From Blastocladiella emersonii ATCC 22665 (taxonomy: Eukaryota > Fungi > Blastocladiomycota), in NCBI GenBank assembly GCA_025594325.1, contig JANHCV010000005.1, forward strand, positions 1,612,001-1,676,000: a DNA stretch of 64,000 nucleotides, in the 5' to 3' direction. The translations under genes were made by a program, and so were the position numbers. Below the pieces are notes generated by a model. It was not told the DNA's origin. It worked only from the letters and a program-made list of their open reading frames with translations, and ran no database searches. Position 1 is the first letter of the stretch, and every line of letters starts with the position of its first letter. This document shows, in pieces, positions 37,149 to 47,526 of the stretch.

Positions 37149-38527
37149 ATGTCAACACCCTCCTACCTGCACGTCCCGTCGCCCTCGCTGCGCGCGCACG
37201 CGTCGTGCCCGACGCTCGGCGACGAGTTCCGCGCCGCGGGCGTGTCGCCGCCCAACGGCCGCCACACCACCACCAACACCAACACCTCGCCGCCCGCGTC
37301 GCCGAGCCGATCGGGCGCGGGGCGGCACTCGCTGTACGGGACCGCCGCGTACTGGACTTCTTCCTCCTCGAAAAGTGGACGCACGTCGCCCGTCGATGAC
37401 GGAGGGTACGCGGCCACGTCCCCGCGGATCCGCCGGTCGCCGCGCGTCGGTGCCGAGCCTGCAGCGTCGCGCCGGCCCGCGTCGGCGATTTTCTCGAGCA
37501 TTCCGGCGAGTGGGGCGCCGCCGCCAGCGCCGTCCGCGGCGGGAACGGGAACAGGAACGGGCAGCAGCGCCAACCTGATCCGCGACATCCTGCGCCAGTC
37601 GTCGCTGTACGCGGTGCTCGGCGTCGACAAGGCCGCGTCGTTTGATGAGATTCGCCGCGCGTACCTCCTCGTACGTCCCACGCGCTGTACTGTCGTAGTA
37701 CCCGTCGCTTACGCCAACAGTAGAGGTCCCGCATGTGCCACCCGGACAAGCACCCGGGCAACCCGCGCGCGACCGAGGCGTTCCAGAAGATCTCGTCCGC
37801 GTACTCGACGCTCAAACAATCCAGCACCCGCGCCGCGTACGATCTCGCGGGCGAGCGCGTCACCGCGTCCGGCACGGGCGACGAGACCCTGTACCAGGTG
37901 CTCGTGCAGGTCTGGTTCGAGTTCATCGAGGGCAACTACGACACGCTGCTCATGGTCGCCGACATGCTCGCCCAGCAGAACCACGACATTTCGCGCGAAT
38001 CCGTCGAGCGCCTGCTCCACTCGGTCCGCAGCCTCATGCACACGGGCTCGCAGTGTCTCGCGGAAGCCCGGCCCGCGTTCTTCGACGCGCTCGACCTCCA
38101 GGCCCAGCTCGCCGCGCTCCCGTACCTCGATTTGGTGGGACGGCTCAAGCTCTCGCTCCGCCTCCTGCACGTGCTCCTGTCGATCCCCATCACCGTCAAC
38201 CGCGCCGCCGGCGGTAACGCGTTGCCGCAGTGGGCCGCCACGCTGCTCCACGCGATGCTCGCCATGCTCGGGACCGCCGAGGCCGCGACGTTGCGGGTGA
38301 CGAGCGCCGCGGGCAAGCTATCGCCCGACGTCCTCCGGTCCGTTTTGCTGGCGGCCCCGCTGCGTGCGGCCGGCGCGCAGCTCAAGGTCGGGCTCGGCGC
38401 GCTCGTCACGGGGTGGGGATGGAGCTCGTGGTTCTCGTCTTCTTCGGGGCCGGCGTCGGTCGCGGAGAGTGAAGAAGACGAGGGGGAGGAAGAGGCGATA
38501 CCCGCGCCCGGCGTCTGCGTGAGCTGA
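37149..38527 (+). CDS. DnaJ (J-domain) protein with disordered N-terminus
   Basis: Exons 37149-37670 and 37724-38527. J domain LYAVLGVDKAASFDEIRRAYLL|RSRMCHPDK..ATEAFQKISSAYSTLK..RAAYD with intact HPD. Confidence 0.88.
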
Positions 38528-38624
38528 TGGGGGCTCCCTCTCCCTCGCGACGCGTTCGCTCGTTCGTTTTGTGTGTGATTTCGTCCTTATATATACATTC
38601 ACTCGGTGTGCTTCTCCTCATCAT

Positions 38625-39590
38625 CTACTGCTGCTGGTCGTGCGCCGGACGCCGTTGGCGCAGACCGCCCGCGTCGTCGCCCGTGTCCTCGGCGTTGAGC
38701 AGCGGTTCGGCCTCTGGGTCGCGCGCCGCGGCGGGTGGAGCAGCGGCAGCGGGGGCATGGGCAGCGCGGGGTTGCTCGGGCGCGAGCGCCACGTCGGGCA
38801 TGTCCGCGGGCCGCTGGCCGAGGAGGATCTGCCTACACGCGCGGTTCAGAGTCAGCCATCGCCCACACACGAACAACAACCTCGCGCGAAGACGTACAGA
38901 AACCGCGGCGTGACCAGCACCTTCCCGCGCACCCTCCCCCTCGCATCGCGCATGCGCGGCAGTATATCCTCGAGGTACCAGTACACGTGGCCTACCGCGA
39001 TCCCGACCAGATCACCCACCGGCACGCGGCCGTGCATCACCGCGGAAAACGCGAGTAGGACCCACGGCAGGTACGGCGCGCGAAAGTCGGCGATGCCCAG
39101 CAGCGACACGTACATCCACGGGTTGCGCCGCGCCCACACGTACGTCAGGGCGGACGTCACGGGCGCGCTCAGGATCGGGAGCGTGTAGGGTGGCAGGGAC
39201 CATGCGGCGAGGAGGGACGCGAGGGAGGCGAGGAGGAGGAAGTATAAAAAGTCGGCGGGGCGGTTGCGGTATGACGTTTCTTCGAGCATCTTCGAGTACT
39301 TGCCGCTACACCGATGTCGCATTCAGCCAGCGCTCTCGTTGGACGAACGAGCGCAGCGCGTACATGACGTAGAGGTGGAACACGGTGTCAAACGAGAGGT
39401 TCCCGTAGTAGAAGAACGACGCGAACAGCCGCCAGTACTCTTTGCGGCGCGTGATCGCGGCCCAGTCGAAATACAGCGAGAACGACGACACGACGCGGAT
39501 GTGCGTCAGCACCGACGTCAGCAGCGTCAGGCCCGCCCACGACCGCGTCACGGGCGGCAGGTCGCGGACTGCGGCCTCGAGGCGTTCCAT
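38625..39590 (-). CDS. DER1: Derlin (Der1/Derlin-2-like ERAD membrane protein), ~280 aa
   Basis: Exons 39590-39364, 39305-38898, 38832-38625. Motifs PPVTRSW, EYWRLFASFFYYG, YSKMLEETSYRNRPADF, YVWARRNP, APYLPWV and GHVYWYLED. Confidence 0.92.
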
Positions 39591-39768
39591 TGCAGATAGT
39601 GTGGGTGGGTTGTTGATGCGTTTGAGGGGAGAGGGAGAGAGAGAGGAGGGGTCGAGGCGAAAGGTCGCTGCCGAGGCTGACACGTCAACGCGCCGAAACG
39701 CCACACCCACGTGCACATCAAAATCCTCGCGTTTCCCATTCCCGTCTGATCTTACAGCTGATCGACCC

Positions 39769-40944
39769 TCACAAAACCCTGACCCCACTCGCCCGCACCC
39801 CCGCCACAAACTCGTCCGTCCCCGCGTCGTCGTGCCACGCGACCAGCCGGACTGCCGGGTACGCCGCGATCAGCGTCGCGTTGAACCCGCGCTGCCACGC
39901 CGCGCCCGCGTTTCCCAACAGCATCACGGGCTTGCCGTTGGGGACCGACGCGAGCAAGGCGTCAAGATCCGGCGCATCACCGGGGACCGCGACCCAGTCA
40001 GCCCACACGTCGCCCGGGTACTCCCCGTTCGTGATCGACCACGCGACGGCCGCGTCAGGCGGGGACGTGTACCGCCGCACGGCCTCGACGCACCGGCGGA
40101 ACTCTGCCGTCGCCGCGACGGGCGCGAGGGGGACGAGGAGCACCGGGACCCCCGCGCGGTTGATCTCGCGCGCGAGGCGGCCGACCTGGTCCCACACCGC
40201 GGCCGTGGCCGTGACGTTGGGCGGTGACGGTTGGACCGCGAGCACGAGCGCGGCGCCGACCTGCGCGACCCGCGCGACCGCAGACCGCAGATCGTCGCTC
40301 TCCCGCTGGCCGACGCCCGTCGCCGCGTCGAGCGCGAGCGGGTACACGAACGCCGCGGGCCGCAGCCGCGTGCGTTTCGCGAAGGCGAGCGGGGTGTCGG
40401 CGGCGGACCAGTTGAGCGCGATGCCGAGGAACGGCGGGCCGGTGAGAGGTGGGGTGAGGGAGAAGCGGTCCCGCGATGAGGGGGAAGAGGGGAACAACAG
40501 GGACCGTAGCCCGCGCACGTCGTACAGGACCAGGTTGACGAGGACCGTCGCGGCGACGAGGAGCAGGATCGACGCGTAGAAGGCGAGCTGGCGGCCGAGT
40601 TGCGCGTGTCGTTCGTCCGCTGCCGGTGGTGGTGGGATGAAGGACGACGACGACGACGAGGAGAAGGTCTCGCTGCTGATGGTGCGGTGCCGGACCAGCG
40701 GCTTGACGCTCAGCGATCCGGCGAGGTGGTAGAACTCGGACTCGCACGAGGACGAGCAGTGCGACAGGTCGATCTCAATCACATCCTCGCCGCGCTGCCA
40801 GACACATGAGTCTTGCGCGAGCGACCGCACGGTCGAGGTGCGCGAGTGGTCACCGGACTGCGGCGGCGAAGCGAGCGAGTCGAGCGACCGCGATGGCCGC
40901 GCCGTGAAGGGCTGCACGCGCGGGGGTGGGTATAGCTGCTGCAT
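39769..40944 (-). CDS. Type II membrane protein with a GH26 (beta-mannanase-like) TIM-barrel-like domain lacking recognisable catalytic Glu residues
   Basis: Single 391-aa ORF: disordered N-terminus, TM segment (FYASILLLVAATVLVNLVLY), then LGIALNWS..DTP, INRAGVPVLL, AVAWS, YPGDVWADWVA, KPVML and YPAVRLVAW, which resemble GH26 strand motifs. Confidence 0.55.
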   Translation of the reverse strand: MQQLYPPPRVQPFTARPSRSLDSLASPPQSGDHSRTSTVRSLAQDSCVWQRGEDVIEIDLSHCSSSCESEFYHLAGSLSVKPLVRHRTISSETFSSSSSSSFIPPPPAADERHAQLGRQLAFYASILLLVAATVLVNLVLYDVRGLRSLLFPSSPSSRDRFSLTPPLTGPPFLGIALNWSAADTPLAFAKRTRLRPAAFVYPLALDAATGVGQRESDDLRSAVARVAQVGAALVLAVQPSPPNVTATAAVWDQVGRLAREINRAGVPVLLVPLAPVAATAEFRRCVEAVRRYTSPPDAAVAWSITNGEYPGDVWADWVAVPGDAPDLDALLASVPNGKPVMLLGNAGAAWQRGFNATLIAAYPAVRLVAWHDDAGTDEFVAGVRASGVRVL

Positions 40945-41554
40945 GGGAGGGTATCAGGTTGCGTGTGTGAGGGGAGAGGGCGGGGGCACGGCGGGCAGGC
41001 GCGCAGATGGGGCCAAGGTGGAGCATGGCGCAGCAGCAGCAACGGGGAGCGGAGCGCGTTGATTCGGGGTGCGGGGACCGCAATCGACGCGTTTTCGGGT
41101 TTGAGAGCTCACTGGTGGACGGACGAGGCATCCGAGGAACACTCATGGGCGAAGGTGGACGAGCGCCGTGATGCCCTCGATGATCGAGAACGGGGGCGTG
41201 TGTGCTTCCGCCGAATCAGGCATCCGAAGCCGGGCCGGGGCTCGCCGTGGGCAGAATTCGGCTTCGGAGGCATATTGCAGCAAGTACGACTGCACAGAGA
41301 AGCGGCGGGGAGACTTGTGGAAGGGAGGAAAGCGAGGGAGGGAGTCGAAGCTCGACTGCACGCGTGCGCGATCACGTTTCGGCGCAGGCCGCCTTCACAC
41401 ACGCGCGGACGGCCGCTTCCCCACCCCCCATCGCTCGCCCGCCTTCCCTCTCCCCCCTTGACCCTCAGCACAGCACACTCGCTCCATGCATCGCCCGACT
41501 CGCGGCAACCACTGAACGCACCCGCAAACCGACATCCCCGACCACCAACCCGCC

Positions 41555-44156
41555 ATGCCGCCCATCACCGACGGATCAGGCCTCGCGCCCTACTTCCTGC
41601 AGCTGCTGTGCTACGCCAAGTATGTCATTGAGCACCGCACCGGCGAGGTCGTCAGCCACAAGTGCGTTGCTCTCTCCCTTCTCTCTCGCCCTCTCAGACC
41701 GCACTCACGCACTCCCCCGCCACCTAGAACCCTCTCGGCGCCGTGGCGCAAGGACCACTGGGAACGCCTGATCCGCGACGGCCGCCAGCGCCTGGTGCAG
41801 CAGCTGCCCAACACGGCGTCCATTGACGCGTGGTTCGAGCTGTTCCGCACCTTCAAGCGCGAGCTCGGCGTCCGCAACGTCCCCGCCCGCGCCTACCCGA
41901 TCGCCGCGCCCCTGCGCTCCCGCCCGCTCGCCGACGAGGACCATTTTGACCGCGTCCTCCGCGCCCACCTCCGCGCCATGGCCGAGTCCGACGACGAGTA
42001 CCGCTCCGCGAGCGGCGAGGACGAGTTTGCCGAGTCCGAGACCAGCAGTGCCGCGTCCGCCGCCTCGTCGTCGCACCACACGGGACCGATCTATCTGTCG
42101 AGTGATAGCGAGGACGACGACGGCGGGGAGCGCGGGCCGATGACCCGGTCGCGCGCCGCCAAGCGCACTGGTACGCTCTTCCCGTCTCCCTTGTCCCGTC
42201 CGTCGCTGACTGACCCTTGACCAACGTCTAGTCGTCGCTTCGACCTACCGCAACCCGTCCACCCCCATCACCCGCACCTCCGCCACCGCCGCCCCGGCAG
42301 CCCCCGCCACCGCGCCTGCGCCGCGCACCACCACCACTGCCGCCGGGTCCCTCGCCGCCGCCAACGCCAACGGCAGCAAGTTCGTCATCTCGGTCGAGGT
42401 CGAGTCGCTGCGCGACAACCTCAAGTCCATGAAGGTCAAGCAAGCGCGCGGCGGCAGCGGCAGCGGGAGTAGTGGGAGTGGGAGCGGCGCCGACACCCCC
42501 TCCGCCGCTGCGGGCGCCGGCATCGTCCGCACGCCCAGTGCGCCGCTGCCGGGGAGCGCGCACAAGCTCGGCGGCAACGCTGGGTCGCCGTGGACCACCA
42601 CGCCCATCACCCCGCTCACGCCCGCGCAGTCGACCACCGCCTTCTTCCGGCCGCCGCCCGCGGCGCAGCGCCAGAACGCGCAGCAGCAGACCACGCCCAA
42701 CGCGTTCGGCGGCGCGGGCGTCGCCGTGGGGGTCGGGAACACGCCGCGCGCCGTCGGCGGGCTCGCGGGCGCTGCCGCCCCGAACGAGACGGGTTTCACC
42801 CCCATCGGCGACGTCGAGCTGCTCAAGCTCGTGGCGTCGGGCGGCCAGGCGTCCGTGTTCCTCGCGCGGCTGCCGCTCGACCACAACTCGCTCGTCATCG
42901 TCAAGGTCTTCTACAAGAAGCCGAGCGCGTACGAGGTCGCCGGGATGCGCGCCATGTCGCTGACCAACTACGCGATCCGGCTCATTGGCGAGTCCCGGAT
43001 TACGCGCAACCACCTGCTCCCGTTCGAGCGCGACATGCAGCGCGACGACGTGTCCATGGCCTCGTTCGAGTTCGACGCGCGCACCGGGTTCCTGACGGGC
43101 TGGTGCTACGAGCGGCTCCAGGGCGACCTCGAGCACTGTCTCCTCGACAAGAAGACGCCGATTGGGAACGCGATGAAGCAGCTCGTCGCGCTCCAGATCG
43201 CCTACTTTCTCCGCGGCGTGCACTCGTCCGGGTACATTTTCCGGGTACGGTTCGTGGCTTCGTGGGTGTGCGACCAAGGACTGACTCGGACTTTGTGCGT
43301 GGGTGTAGGATCTCAAGCCGTCCAACATCCTGCTCAACACCCAGCTGCACAACGTGCCACCACAGCAGGTCGTCCAGTACTTTGTACGTGTGCTCCTTCT
43401 CTCTCGGTCGATTTCCGTGGCGGCCGCGACTGACACGCTGCTCCGTTCGCGTAGTTGCAACACTACCCCGTCATCAAGGTCACCGACTTCGGCCTCGTCA
43501 CCATGGAAAAGGAGAGCAAGAAGACGCGGTCCGCCGGCACCATGGGCTACATGCCAGCGAGTACGTTCTCCACCCCCGCTCTCGCCGCGCGACCAACCCA
43601 ACTCACACCCACACCGCCCGCGCGCACAGACCAAATGTCGACCAACGACTACGACCGGTCGGTCGACGTGACCGCATACGCGATCACGCTCGCCGAGATC
43701 CTGGTCGAGGACCTGATGTTCGACATCAACGACCGCGACGAGGAGATCGAGGACGAGTTCAAGTCCCTGCGCGTCATCGACCGCATCACGGCCCGCTTCG
43801 CCCGGTACCGCCAGTACATCCCGTCGGCCCTCGCCGAGCTCATCTACGACACCCTGCGCGGCAACAACCGCAGCATCGAAACCTTCATCGCCGTCCTCGA
43901 GGCCTCGCTCAAGGGACTCGCCTTCGCGTTTGACGTCACCAAGTCCGACATGCAGCTCCTCAACCAGGGCATGGCCACGCCCGGACGCCCGATTCTGGTG
44001 AGCGAGAACGGCGCGCCGACGGCGGCCGCGGTCGCCGCGGCGAACGCGGCGAGTATGGGGGCCACCACGACGCCTGGCGTTGGGCGCGTCAAGGGACGGC
44101 CTATGTCGACGAACGCCGCGTTCGCGTCTGCCGGAACGTCGACGCGCCCGTGGTGA
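41555..44156 (+). CDS. Protein kinase (atypical, APE motif not evident) with uncharacterised N-terminal region
   Basis: Probable exons 41555-41661, 41728-42170, 42232-43244, 43309-43383, 43455-43560, 43630-44156. Motifs VASGGQASVF, VIVKVF, FRDLKPSN, DFG, GTMGYMP and RSVDV. Confidence 0.85.
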
Positions 44157-44379
44157 TGATGCGGGGGTGGGACTTGTATACTCTTCATTTGCACATGTGT
44201 CTCGAGACTGGTTGGGCCGAGCGGTCCGTGATGATAAACCCGTTTACTGGCAGCAGGTGGGTCGGCGAGGGCAGGGACGGAGGTCGGTGGCCGGTGGTCG
44301 CGAGGCGACGCGGCGAAGCGAGGTCGGAACGCGGCCGCGACTCTCCCTCCCTAGGACTCCGCCACACCACGCTAAACGA

Positions 44380-47138
44380 ATGAAAGACCTCATGCAACAG
44401 GCTGCAGACCCGCAGGCGACAACGATCGTGCACCTTCCCCTGGAACTTGTTGTGAGCGTCGCGCAGCTTGCCGAGCCGCGGACCACTATGATTGCCGCGT
44501 CGTCGAGCTTTGCCGCAGCCGCGCATGACCCTCACCTTGGAATGCTATGGGCTTCACGTGTCGCTAGCCGCCTTGTAAAACGTTACCGTCTCGCGCCGTC
44601 TGGTCGTCCTGCGAAGCATGTCGCCAATATAATTCGGATCTGGGCCAGGCATTAGATTCAGAAAGCAACGACATGCAGTCCTATAATGCTCCACGTCGGC
44701 CAAGTGCACTTGTCAACGGCATTCTCGTGCACCTGGCCCAGTTCATCGGCCGGCACATCCGCAACGTCCGCATCGGCAAGGAGAGCGTTGACTGGCTTCA
44801 ACGCAGCCACCGCTGGAACCGGAGTCTTGAACTCGGCCAGAACAAGCTCCCCAAGGTTTACCGTCCGCTGTTCTCGTACTTGTGCCTCCTCGTCGACTCG
44901 TTTGTGCTGGGCCGGACCGACCTGACTTGGCACATGGTCGAAACGGCTCTCGGGTACTTTCCGCAGATCCTTGACGGAAGCTTGAAATTCTACCACTGGA
45001 ACCGCCTGCTCGGGCTTGTGCATAGGCGCCTTCCTCGACGGCATGCTTGCTTCACGGCGCCAAAGGGCTCGTGGCGTCTGCGCGATCTCCTTGGCTTCCT
45101 CGCGCTCGTGGCATTTGATCTCCCGATACTTGACGCGCTCTGCAGCGACCCTCGCCTCTGCCCTAACGTTCCCAAGATCATGCATGACCTTGCTCAACGA
45201 CCTTCGCTTCGCGAGCTACTTTCACGAAAAGTATCACTGCACTCGACCCGCACGCGGTTGCCACGGCTTTCGCGTGGATCCTCGACCACGGACCCAACTT
45301 GTCGCTCGCGACTCGCGTCCGATTCGTCGAGAGTGCATTCCAACGAGGCCACACCGTCTTTTTCGCGCTCGCGCGGCGCGTTCCTGACCAGGTCAAGGCC
45401 CGCTTCACGCCTGCACGCAGCGTGCGTGGCCGCTCGAAAATCGTGGATCGGGCTATTCTGAAGTGGTACAGGCGGCGCGTCAACGCTGAGGAGGTACAGA
45501 CAGCTGCTCAACTCGCTTGGAATCCTCAGCGACAAGGTGCGGGACAAGCTGGCCGAGCGGGCCGGCGGGCGTGGAGTCGAGCTTGGATCAGTTTCTGGGC
45601 AAGTCGACCGCGCTTGAATCCCGATCGCTGTGAAGCAGTCCTTGCATCTCGGAGCCCCTCTCGTCGCGTCGCGACACGGCCCGAGACTGGACTCATTTGT
45701 ACTGCTTCCTCCTCGATTCGGTTCCCCGGATTCGCTTTCTTGGCCCGTTGGCCGCATGTGCCTGCTTCCCGCTGAATTCGTGCCGCTTCACCGCTCTCGT
45801 TGACCGAAACGCTCTCAAAACTTCCTGTTCGTGACGTGACTTGCTTTCTGTGACCCTCAAGCGTCGTCTAAGCGTTTATGAGCACCGTTCCCCGCTCAGC
45901 TTGCACGGCTTTGCTCGACTTGCCGTTGCCCTCTTGTCAAGCCCGCAGAGCCAAGATACAGCGCTCAAGATTATGCGAACAGAGGAGTGTGGAGAAATCT
46001 TTCGAAATGCTCTGCTTGAAAGCTTCCCGCCCCTCGATCCGTATCTTTTCAAGCGGGTGAAACAGTATGCTAGGACACTTCCAGGCGTTCTTGTTTGCCT
46101 AAACTGCCCGCTTTCATCGCAGCAACCCCTTGCGAGAGACGCTGTCAGTTCCTTACGACGCGTTTCCCGCGCTTCCCAGCCTCTACCTCGCACCACAGTT
46201 CAAGTACACGTGACCGCGTTGCGCCACAGTCACCGGACGCGTGCGACCCCGCCCGCGTCACGCGCGTCACGCGCACCGCGCCGATCTCCTTTGTCATCGC
46301 CGCGGACCGCCTCACCTCACCGAGCGACGCGTCGGCCCGCTCACATCGGACGACGCGCCTCCGCATCCCCTCTCTCTCTTGTTCCTTTGACCAGTTGCTA
46401 GTATTAGCCACCACATACAGACTGTTGTCCTCTCGTGAACCTCCTCACCGTCTTCTCTTGTGAACCTCTTCACCGCCCCCTCTTGTGAACCTCTTCACCG
46501 CCTCGATCTTCATCTCCGCCAAGATCGCACGTCCATCGTGCCGAGCTTCCTCTCAGCCGAGTACGCTTCAACTACCACAGCTTGACGCCGTCTGTGCGCA
46601 CCTCCGCAACGTGGGTCTTTCCCTGAGCCAAAACTTGAGAACCAGGCCCGCTTCGTGCAAGATATCAAACAAGGCACTTGCGTGCTCATGCGACCCCGTT
46701 GCCTCGGCGCGTCACCTTGCGCAACTGGTTGCCACGGCCGTGCCCGAGGCGCTCTTAGATTCGCTTTTGAGGATTTCGTACACCAATGTCCTTTCAGCGT
46801 GCGAACTTTTGCCCAATGGATGCTTTGATGACGTGACCGATTCCGACAAACTTAACCGACTCGTGGTCGACCATAGGAGGATCAAGGCGAAGCGAGTAAT
46901 CGACGTTATGCGCCGGCTCGCCCCGAGCGTCTTTGCTCCCGCTCAAAGGGAATCAATCAAGGCGGAGCCTGCGGAGGCGTCTTATCGCTTGCCCATTCAA
47001 TGTTTTCGTTTTGTCAAGTTCCTCATTCCTATCGAATTTTTTTGTTTTCTGCTTGCACATCTTAACCTTCCAATTTCATGGTCTTCCTCGCCGTGCTGCG
47101 ATTGTCACACGGCGTGCACGTGCAGCGACAGTGAATGA
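44380..47138 (+). pseudogene. Divergent third member of the F-box-like family (copy C), probably disrupted
   Basis: Colinear homology to A and B: HLPLELVVSVAQLAEPRTTMIAASSSF, YFPQILDGSLKFYHW, LRDLLGFLA, FAWILDH..VPDQV, VCLNCPLSSQ, CSCDPVAS, MRRLAPSVF. It is spread over at least four frames, with a shift at ~45200-45225 and extra DNA at ~46200-46510. Confidence 0.65.
46430..46504. repeat. Tandem repeat, 25-bp unit CTCTTGTGAACCTCTTCACCGCCYC-like x3
   Basis: Units start at 46430, 46455 and 46480; they are contiguous with no spacers. Confidence 0.9.
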
Positions 47139-47275
47139 AACCGCGTACGGCACGAAGCGGGTGGCTCAAATAGCTATATGGGCGGTTGGATGACGAGTGC
47201 TGAGTCGGAAGCGATGTCGCGTCCCGAGCCGCAAGGAAGCTTGGAAGCGAGGAAGCGAAGAAGCTCGAGAGCTAG

Positions 47276-47324
47276 GATGCGAGACGCGTTTCGATATCAC
47301 GTGAGCGATGCGAGACGCGTTTCG
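47276..47324 (+). promoter_or_regulatory. Composite module GAGACGCGT-N8-CACGTG-N8-GAGACGCGT (extended MCB-like + E-box)
   Basis: GATGCGAGACGCGTTTCG occurs twice (47276, 47307), 31 nt apart, with CACGTG at 47298-47303. The same geometry recurs at 57285-57324. Confidence 0.6.
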
Positions 47325-47426
47325 CCTTCAGTTCGGCTCGAGCCTCGCTCTCGGAGGGCCTGCCGCATGGTCCACTTTCTCGCCGCCCTTCCCAGCTGCG
47401 AACTTCCGTCTCATTCTCAGGTAAGA

Positions 47427-47470
47427 GCTTGCGTGTGGTCCGCTTGAAAAAAAAAAGAGCGGACGCAAGC
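47427..47470. other. Hairpin: 13-bp stem with a 5-nt bulge and an A-rich loop
   Basis: GCTTGCG(TGTGG)TCCGCT pairs with AGCGGACGCAAGC around the loop TGAAAAAAAAAAG. Confidence 0.5.
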
Positions 47471-47526
47471 CAGCTTCCGTCCCGCGTCAAAACCTGATGC
47501 ACCCAACAAACCACACTACGATTCAC

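Noticed and set aside
46430-46504. 25-bp repeats as a CRISPR-like array
   Set aside because: The units are contiguous with no spacers, the context is eukaryotic, and there are no cas genes.
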